Shown here: piece after piece, positions 55,101 through 64,000 of the stretch
Layout of the letters: each line of letters begins with the position of its first letter
Numbering within the stretch: the stretch's first letter is position 1
Assembly: GCF_000143415.4 (NCBI RefSeq)
Contig: NW_003314353.1
Span: 467,785-531,784, forward strand
Origin: Selaginella moellendorffii
Taxonomy: Eukaryota > Plantae > Lycopodiophyta
Direction: 5' to 3'
Length of the DNA stretch: 64,000 bases
The notes under the pieces: generated by a model
Told to the model about the DNA's origin: nothing
Seen by the model: the letters and a program-made list of their open reading frames with translations, nothing else
Database searches by the model: none
Translations under genes and position numbers: made by a program

Positions 55101-55496
55101 CATTAAGACCGACAAGCTGTGAAGGAGTGGTGTGAAAAGGAGTGCTCCCAGCCTTGAGAACAACTTGGGCATGAAGAAAGTTCGAGTGGCTTAAAAGAAA
55201 ATGCCAGCAGTAAGTTCCTATTTCCTTTTCACCATTACTAACTTCATTTGCTTGCGTTTTTCTTTTTTGTATTCTCCGGACATCAACATCTCTTATGTCT
55301 ATGGCTGGAAAACATTTTCAGTGGCTGCCGAGAACAACTGCAGAATGAAAACAAGTTGGAACGAAAAGGAAAACGAGGGAGTTGAAATGTAAAGAAAGAA
55401 TTGTAAAACGTTTATTGATATATAAATAAAGATCAAAGTTGAATCGAGATCTTTTGCCAATCATCCAATATATTTAAACGAAAGAGCCTCATTGAT

Positions 55497-55870
55497 CATT
55501 GCAGTAGGTGGCCCTAATTATTTTAATCTATATATATAAATTTAATATAATATTGGAAGTTTCAAACCAAATAATGAAAAATATGCAGCTTATTCACAAT
55601 GAAATATTTTAGATACTGCTCAAGCAACGGAGATAAAAATCAAAAAACAAACACAATTCTAAATGTAATGAGCAACTAATGGGTGGTCTTGATAAATTAT
55701 TAAAAGAGATAAATCCCTATGCTAATGCATTCACAATATTGTAAGAAATAGAGAATGAAGTGTTAAAATTAACAAATTTTCAAGGAGGCATAAGTGATAT
55801 TGTAATACATATAAAAGGCAATTAGACAACTGATCCAAGATAATATAATGCACTAGGTTCAAATGATTTT
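55497..55870 (+). pseudogene. Helitron Rep/Hel N-terminal remnant, copy 1
   Basis: NIGSF, YSQ..ILDT, LDKLLKEINPYANAF, DPR*YNA. Confidence 0.7.
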
Positions 55871-56439
55871 AAACATTTAGTTGTACAAAGATGGTATTCA
55901 TTGATGAATTTCTTTATTATGTCTACTATGTACAATATATTTAAAACAAAAAATATGTTCAATATGTTTAAACATGTATTATCAAAATCAATCATATACT
56001 CTTTCTTCTATAGAATAAAAACTTTATAGAACAAAGAGTATCTGATTAATTCAATGCTACATTATTAAAATTAAACATAATTTCTTTTACAAAGATGGTA
56101 TATAGTACACACAATAAAAGATATAATATAAAGTTAAAAGTAAATAAAGTAGTGACTATAGAAATGATATATTTTATAACTTAAAATAGAAGAGTTGAAT
56201 AGCTCCAGCTATTATATCTTGTAAATAAGTTATACTTTTATCATAATCTTATGATTTTTAACTTTATGATATTGCACAAATATGAGACTATATCTGAGCT
56301 AATAGACAACTTAATATGAGTAGATTCATTGATGAATGTGTAATAAGTCTGTTATTTACACTAATAATTTGTGCATTGATACATGGAAAATTTCAATCAT
56401 GTTGAATCTACATACTGTGCCATGAAAAAACTTTCCCGG

Positions 56440-56830
56440 ATTTTGTACATATTAAAGAGCGCTCTACATTTCGCTGGTGCTGCTGTTGTTGTCACATATG
56501 CAACCAGGAAACAGGTTGTCAAAATATTAAATAGTCTTCGTGCTTTGGGATGGGAGCGGGAACTCTTAGAGCTGGGCCTGTCCTCACTTTGTGCAGCATT
56601 TTCACTTGAAACACAAATTCATCCCAAGATATATTCCCAGCTCCATAGCTATCAATGAGCCGAATAAGCTTTCGCCTGGAGGAAAGTGGAACGAAAGTTA
56701 GAGAATTGCCATCATGTGTGAACATGAAGACAGCCACTGCGTAATCCACAGCCGAGAGCCTGTTTTGGTACCTGGCGAGCGTTGAAAGCTCCTCATAAAT
56801 TGCCAATGTTGAATGCGAGTACACACCTGG
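56440..56830 (-). pseudogene. Captured fragment with a degenerate EF-hand
   Basis: RKLIRLIDSYGAGNISWDEFV; a GC-richer island inside AT-rich Helitron DNA. Confidence 0.4.
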
Positions 56831-57019
56831 AAAGTTCTTCTTCAGTGACCTATCTATGTGAAATTGGTGATAGTCTGTCTACTACTGGCAATTCCTGTCA
56901 TATGATTTCTTGTGTTCTTGTAACTACTGTTAGTAGCACAGTGAGACAAAATTAAAAAAAAAACAAAGAAAAAATAAAAAATGGGTTTAATATCAGAGAA
57001 TGAAAATGATAAATGTGAG

Positions 57020-57580
57020 CAACATTCTTGGTAAGATGGAAAAACAATGCATACTTTGTAAGGCCCTTTTTTTTATGGTGGAAAATGTTTTCAATTGTAA
57101 TTGTGACAGGAGAATAGCAACTGAAAAATTACATCCTTTTCCATGCTTTCTCCAAAGACTATTAATTTTAAAGATCTAATACAAAATTATAGTAGTGCAG
57201 CATCAATGGGTGCAAACATTGAAGAGATTGCAGTAGGTGGCCGTAATTATTTTAAGATATATGAACAAATTTAACATAATATTGGAAGTTTCAAACTAAA
57301 TAATGAAAAATATTCACAATTATATATTTTAGATACCTCTCGAGCAATACAAATAAAAATGAAAAACAAACACAATTCTAAATGCAATGAGCAACTAATG
57401 GGTGATCTTGATAAATAATTAAAAGAGATAAATCCCTATGCTAATGCATTCACAATGTTGTCGAAAATAGAGAATCAAGTGTTAAATTCAACAAAAATTC
57501 AAGGAGGTTTAATATATATATATAAAGCAATTAGATAACTGATCCAAGATGATACAATGCACCAGGTTCAAATGACCACT
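57020..57580 (+). pseudogene. Helitron Rep/Hel N-terminal remnant, copy 2
   Basis: LGKMEKQCILCKALFF (Zn finger), ASMGANI, YFKIYEQI*HNIGSF, EINPYANAF. 57227-57575 repeats 55498-55866. Confidence 0.75.
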
Positions 57581-58760
57581 TCTATGATTGAGACAACATT
57601 AGTACATAGACCATATAAAGAAATTTAATTATATTATATTAAACCTATTTATATACCATTCATGAATTTTCTGATATATTATAGTTCTAGCCTAAAGAAA
57701 ATATTATATATCATCAAACCCTACTCTACCCCTTACCATTCATTTATCATCATAAAATTTCATCATTCATAACAGTGTTATAAAGCCTTAATTTTAAATC
57801 TAAATACATGAATATAGGGAGATAATAATCTTATTTCAGATTTATAAAAATAAATACAGAAATAATGTTTATGATATATAATAGAATAATTTATATTTTA
57901 AATATTACTCTCAAAATGCATGAATATAAATATTAGGTAAAAAGGGAATATCAATGGTAAATATGTGAAATATTAAAAGTTTTTAAAAGAAAATATAACA
58001 CATAAAGCTAACATCTTTCACTTATTATCATGCAATTCCAAAACTTTCAGTCTGAAATGAAGAAAAGAGAAACTCCATAACAATTTTTATATTTTTAAAA
58101 TTTAAAAAATGTGTGCACTTTAGGTGAGTTTTTAAATATATATTAAATAAATTTTTAACATTATCGTATTTGAGTGGAATTATGTAATGCATACTTTATT
58201 AAGATAAAAAATTATAGAGAATAATAAATCATCAAATGATAATAATTTTATCAATTATATAGATATTTTTAAAAGAAAATAAAAAAGTAGTTATTAAACA
58301 AATGACTCATCTAGCCATGGGATCCCACAATGAGAAATTTGATTTATAGAAATCCAAGACTTCTTTCAATAATCAGAATTTTAAATATGATATATTGTGC
58401 TGAGTTATATTTATTATGTTATGATGTGTGTTGGTGATAGAATCAATTGTAGAAGAGATTTTTAATATAAAGATTATGTTATGTTTAACTATATATCTTA
58501 TAATTATGATTATGTTAAAAAGTACAATTACGCTTACAACTCTTTGAAATTATTAAAATATCAGAAATAAACACAATGCTCCCAGCGTAGCTGGGACTTT
58601 TGCTAGTACTCCCTTATTTAAACGTGCTATTGGCATATGGCATCCGGCGTCTTTTATTCCATTTTTAGAATATTATTTATGAATATGCTTATAATCTAAC
58701 GGTTCAAATTCAAAAACTTCAAATAGACAGCATAGATCAAGTGCCAAAGGGGTGGCAACT

Positions 58761-58771
58761 CTTTCTCTCTT

Positions 58772-58818
<47 letters not shown>

Positions 58819-58825
58819 TGCTCTT

Positions 58826-58864
<39 letters not shown>

Positions 58865-58865
58865 C
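58761..58865. repeat. Imperfect (CT)n followed by (GT)n microsatellite
   Basis: Read directly; same arrangement as 52678-52731. Confidence 0.95.
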
Positions 58866-61122
58866 ACAACTTGGCTGCGGGACTCTCCTTCCATGCTATA
58901 AGTTGGTATATGGAAGGTAAGCTTTTCTGGATTCCACTTCAGCCTCCATTGTTTGTTCTTGTAGATGCAAGAATTGCCTGCGATGTCTTCAAATTCCAAT
59001 GCCCTGGATTGAGCTGGCCATTGCGTACTATTCTTCTGTCAAAAGGAACATCCTAGAGAGGCGAGAACTGGCTGGTTTGCATGTGGTCAACAAGCTCAGC
59101 GCTCCATACCAGAGCACTGACGAGCATCTTGCAGAACCTTTTTATTTGCCAAGGACAGTGAGTTGCATATGCCAAGATTGAAAAGAGCCAGGTGATACGT
59201 TCACCATCAGCAGCTGATCAGGTTTAGGAGGTAAGTAACTCTCCTCAAGTGTGTTTGACAGGCTGTTTGTTTCCTTGGTCGTTTCAATAAAAAAGAAAGT
59301 GGACAATTGCGGGAAGAGGCTCTCCTTGGGTTCCATGAGAAAGCTCTGGAAATTAGCAGGTAACTCCTCAGGTTTTGTGTTCTTTCGGGTGATCTGATCT
59401 TGTGTCATGCGACTCAGGCCAGGAAGCACCCGGCACTGGCCAATGCAGTGGGTCAGCAATTAGAATTTATCTGCTTGACCCAGGGGGAAGGACTGGTAAT
59501 TTTATTTCATTTTTTATTTGTTCTTGCCTTGGTGAAAAGCTTAGTTTCAGTTGCTCAATCCTTGACGTGATTCCATCTGAATAGCATACCAATTTTCTTA
59601 TGTGCCAGAACGTAGCTGGTTCAAACTGTTCTCAGCTGTGGTGAGTTGCTGATTCAATCTTTCAAAGTAACAGTAAAACCATATGATGAACAGAATGTGG
59701 TAGAAGTTGCAAAATCCTGCAATCTCTTTAGGCGAGAGCTGGACGGAAATTGGGCTTGCTGGCCTTGGTGGCAGTGAAACCTTGGCGGCGCCAATGATAA
59801 AACTACTGGACGAGGCCTTTTGTTGTCCTCCTCTTGTGAGTATGCCAGGCCAGCAAGGGAACGCTTGGATTCACTTGCAAACACAAGTACAGAACTCCAA
59901 CATTCGTTCTTGCTTCCTCTTGGTATTGCTCTCATGTTTTCCATTGCTTTCACTTATGCTTTTTTTTATTAGTGTGGCTTTGTAATGGAGACGGTCCTTC
60001 TCAGTCTGAATAACACCAATGATATTTGTCATTCATGAAGAAAGTAGCATTTATCTCGACAAACATCGTTACTTTTGAGCTGAGTCCCAGTCCGAGTGAA
60101 GATGGCAGCGATGATCCAGCAGCAATTCTATAATGCAAGCAGCCTGATCGAGGTGGGGCCTCTAGGATTGATGTTGGCATGGACACTTTTTCTGTGTCAC
60201 CGAGCTCACCAGGTATGTGTGCCTTTACATTCTCAACTCCTTTCATTTGCTCACTTTGTGTATGTTTCAGAGAGAAAGATGACAAGTCATGTTTTTCTCG
60301 ATCAAATGAGTGAGGTAAGAGAGGTCTCTTCCCTTTTGTGCCATTGTAAACTACACATCCAGTCTTGTGATTATTTTTACAAACTGCTGTGGCATTCAAG
60401 CTAATGGCTCACAATCAATACAACTATTCTTTTTATTGTTATTGACTCTGATATCTTTGTGGCACTTTTCTTTCTCATTGATGTGGATCACTTACTGATG
60501 TTTGATGTTTCTGTAGGAGAAAAGATGGATCGGAAAATGAAGATGTAAAAATGTGAAAATGAAGTAATCTCAGCACATAATAGTGAGGATTGCAGGTTTA
60601 ATCAACCTTAAACTCATGACACTGTGTCCAGGTAATTTATGGTACAGTAGAATATGTCGAATTCTAGAAAAAGTAGTTGTTCTTATTTCCAATGAATGAG
60701 CTTTTGGAGGTGCTTGTGTGTTTTACAGCCTGGTTTTCCTATTGCAGGTCTCTCTTCTTATTCCCAGGAGTGGCAGAAAGGCTGGGATTTATTTATTTTG
60801 GTTCTTTTGATTGGAAACTACTGAGATTCAGTGTTGAGCTCTAATAATGAAAGGCAGAGAATTTATGGTTGCCATATTATTGCAGTGGGGATACAATCCT
60901 GAAATTTTGTGTTTACAGTTTTGGAGCCGATCAAAATATCCAGTATTTGCTTGAAATTTCCCAACGAGGAGTGCACTGCCAATACAGCAGTGGTGCTCTC
61001 GAGTTATCGTCACTGGAGCCACTAATATGAACGTGACTGGCTGCTCAATTAATCAGACGCCATAGTTGAGTGCCAACACTGTACCATTATGGGGTTCTTC
61101 CTCCTCTATCACTGGAAAGCAA

Positions 61123-62130
61123 CATGGCAGTGACTGCTTTGCCGACATTCTCGAGATTTTTACACAAGTGGTACTATGAGCCGGTGCTAAAGCCAGGACA
61201 GCCTCCACCTCCACCGGGTCCGCTTGGATGGCCCGTCTTTATCAACATGGCTGCTTTTCTCAGAGCCTTCAAGTCTGGATTACCATACTCTTTCATGGGT
61301 CACTTCTTGGTTTCAGGTATAATCGAGTGGGTTTTACAAGGCATTTCTGTTCTAGCAGCCCACCGTCCTGGTTGCCACACCAGAGGCATGCAAATTCGTG
61401 CTCTCCAAAGACAGCTTTGAGACAGGATGGCCAAAGAGCGCTGTTGTGCTCATTGGACGAAATCTGTTTGCGAGATTAACTGAAGAGAGCTACTTGAAGC
61501 TCCAGAAGCTTACTGAGTCACTGTGAACAATCCCAAAGCTCTTAAGCAGTACGTGCCCCTACAACAGCATGCCTTGCAAGGTGGCCTACGGAGCATAAGA
61601 TTGTTCTTCTTACCGAGATGAGAAGGGTAAGTGATGTTTACTTCCTCTCTGTCTTATTTTCTCGTTGATACTGGTTTTTTCTGATATGACAGTTCACGTA
61701 TCTAACTGTCCTCTACATTTTATATAGGAAAGACTCCAGTCTCGATGTGGATGACATTTTCTCCTTGTACTACATTGTCAACCAAGGCATTCAGGCTTTC
61801 CCCATCAACTTCCCCAACACTGCCTATAACAAAGCCTTGAAGGTAAAAGCCATATGCATTGTCTTACATAGTTTTGTGATGTTTTCCCATTCTCAGGCCA
61901 GGTGAAAGGTCATCAAGCTTATCCAGGACCTGATCAACCAGCAAAGAGCTTCTAGAAAGACACAGGAAACAAGCATTCTTTTGTTGCTCATGGATGAGCT
62001 GGATGACAAAGGAGAGTCTCTGGAAGCGCTGAAATAATAGATATGCTCAACATGTACATAAACGCTGGTCACAACTCGATGGCTGATGGTTTTCTAAAGC
62101 AAAATCCTGATGTGCTCGAGAAACTGAAGA
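61123..62130 (+). pseudogene. KAO: CYP88 (ent-kaurenoic acid oxidase-like) cytochrome P450 pseudogene, truncated
   Basis: WYYEPVLKPGQPPPPPGPLGWP..NMAAFLRAFKSG, YKAFLF*QPTVLVATPEACKFVL, GWPKSA, PINFPNTAYNKALK and NAGH. Frameshifts present; no heme-binding exon seen. Confidence 0.85.
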
Positions 62131-64000
62131 TAAACATTTACAATTTCATACAAACTTTCCTTCATACAATCTTTCTTCTTTAGGCCACATCCAGACTATT
62201 CTGTAAAAGTTTCAAACTTCTGTAATTATAAAAGAAAAAAGTATTCTACTGAATTGTACCTCATACAAGATGATATCCTATGTATTCTCATGCCTCCATT
62301 ATTCTAATTCACCCCTGTCACTTCTGTATTAAGGAAATGCTATTTATGAAAACTTTGCATTTATGTTTACCCTTTGCTCCAATGGACCTAACAAAGACAT
62401 GTTCAAGACAGATGCAAACTGGCAGGTATTCTTAAAGAACCATAGAACTGCACATCATCTCTTTAAGGGAAAGTTATGAGGTGCTTGTAAGGCTCTAAAG
62501 TGTTAACCTCCTCTGGATATCTTTCAATAACAGAAAAAAACTTTTAAAACATGAATGGTACTTTTTCGCTGCTTCTTTCATGTTTTGTGGTAGTCAAGTT
62601 ACAACTTCTGGAATTCTACGAGCAGCATCTGAGGAATGTCTAGGGAATGAGAAACTGTAAGGTGTAGCATGATATTTTCTTGCTCTAATAAATAGTTAAA
62701 TAGAAGCTGCCTGTTGTAGCCTTTCTGGCTTTTCTTGACTACAAACCAATGCTTACAAGGTCAGAATGACACAAGCAGATATTCATAAAGATGTATTGTA
62801 TTTTGCTATTTAGAGAAATCTTTGGAGATGTATATATTCCAAACATGCAATTCTTAAGAACATCTCAAAAATATCATTATTTTTGTAGAAAACTCTCCTC
62901 TTGAAGACTTAAGAAAATTATTCTCACTTATAAAAATCCTCAACATATATCAAACTTAAAATTAATGTAAATCAAAGCTATATATGTGAATTTTAAGTTT
63001 TTTTAAGAAATTCATTTAAGAAATACTTTAAAGTATATATTATATGTTAATAATAATATTATGTTATACTTTAAAAAGTAAAAAATGTCATTGTATTATT
63101 CTTGTATATTGTAATATGCCAGATCTAAGTTTATTTATTTATTTTTATGTTCTTTATAATGAACATATCAAGAATAAAATTTAGAGAATGAATCATTTGA
63201 AACTTTATTCACAAATGTAATGTTGAAACAACAATACATATTATTTTAAAATAAAATAAAATTAAAATGAAATTCAATTTTAATATATTTAGAGAATATT
63301 ATTATATTATATTAAATATAGTACTAAAAATAAAAATATTATTATGTAAATATGAATGTGCTAGATGTAAGTTTATAATAAAATTATTAATATTTCTTAT
63401 AATCTAAGTTTGTATATAATAATGTTCTTCTTTAGATAATTGCTGAATAGTAAGCATTTTTTAATAATCTAATAGTAATTTTATTTAAATTTTACTTTTT
63501 GAGATTTTTAGCTATATATGATTTTAAATCCTTCAGTAAGAGACAATCTTGCAGAATTTTTTTCACATTTTTAAAGTTCCTTAGAAATTTTGAAATTATA
63601 ACTTCTAGCATGATATTACCTAAATATAATCCTAATGAACTGTAGTTTATAATTTTCAACTTTAAGGGTTACAATCTAGATATTTAATTTTAGAGTTGCT
63701 CTGCTAATTTTTAATCTAAATCACTTTTCATGAGAATTTCATATAGACCAGTCTTTTTAATATTTAAAATTTTATTTCTATTAAATTTCTTTCTTCTTAT
63801 TCTAAGTTTTTCTTTCTCAAATATTTTTCTCTTCATTATTTAATTTTTGTAGTAGTTATCTTATATATTATAACTTACAAAATGTGTTATATACTCTTGA
63901 TCTATTAGTAACTTATATTCTGGTTAGAAAGGTTTTACACATGTATTAATATTTTTTATAAAATATATAATATAAATATTTAATAAAATAGATTTTCTAT

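Larger units (their letters stand above)
52480..58606 (+). mobile_element. Composite non-autonomous Helitron with captured gene fragments
   Basis: 3' end: hairpin TCCCAGC-GTA-GCTGGGA (58580-58596), then CTAG (58603-58606) and T. 5'-like ends TC..TATATTTAAACGAAAGAGCC at 52480 and 55464. Two Rep/Hel remnants lie inside. Confidence 0.75.

Noticed and set aside
62900-64000. Extremely AT-rich tail
   Set aside because: No ORF, periodicity or terminus detected by eye.

Overview
Eukaryotic land-plant nuclear DNA. Very short introns (about 50-80 bp) and tightly packed genes suggest the lycophyte Selaginella; this is an inference, not a database result. The window has four zones. (1) 0-20 kb is a strip of decayed genes: Dof-like, TEBICHI/POLQ helicase half, subtilase, WEE1, PP2C and two copies of an unidentified family. 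It also holds a young full-length Ty1/Copia element (153-bp TG..CT LTRs, CATGC TSD) and a 149-bp gag-derived inverted repeat. (2) 20-25 kb holds intact TAF10 and UGP3. (3) 25-39 kb is a nested transposon block. A 7.7-kb non-coding LARD-like LTR element (1.8-kb minisatellite-bearing LTRs, CCTTT TSD, hairpin-dense internal RNA domain) sits inside an older decayed LTR element. (4) 39-52 kb holds intact PDS, a choline transporter-like gene, FLU, a candidate small secreted peptide and Rab3GAP catalytic subunit. These are followed by a composite Helitron (52.5-58.6 kb) carrying kelch, LAF3-like, kinase and EF-hand fragments, a probable second Helitron start, and a truncated CYP88/KAO pseudogene. All family calls come from motif recognition by eye, and multi-exon boundaries are approximate.
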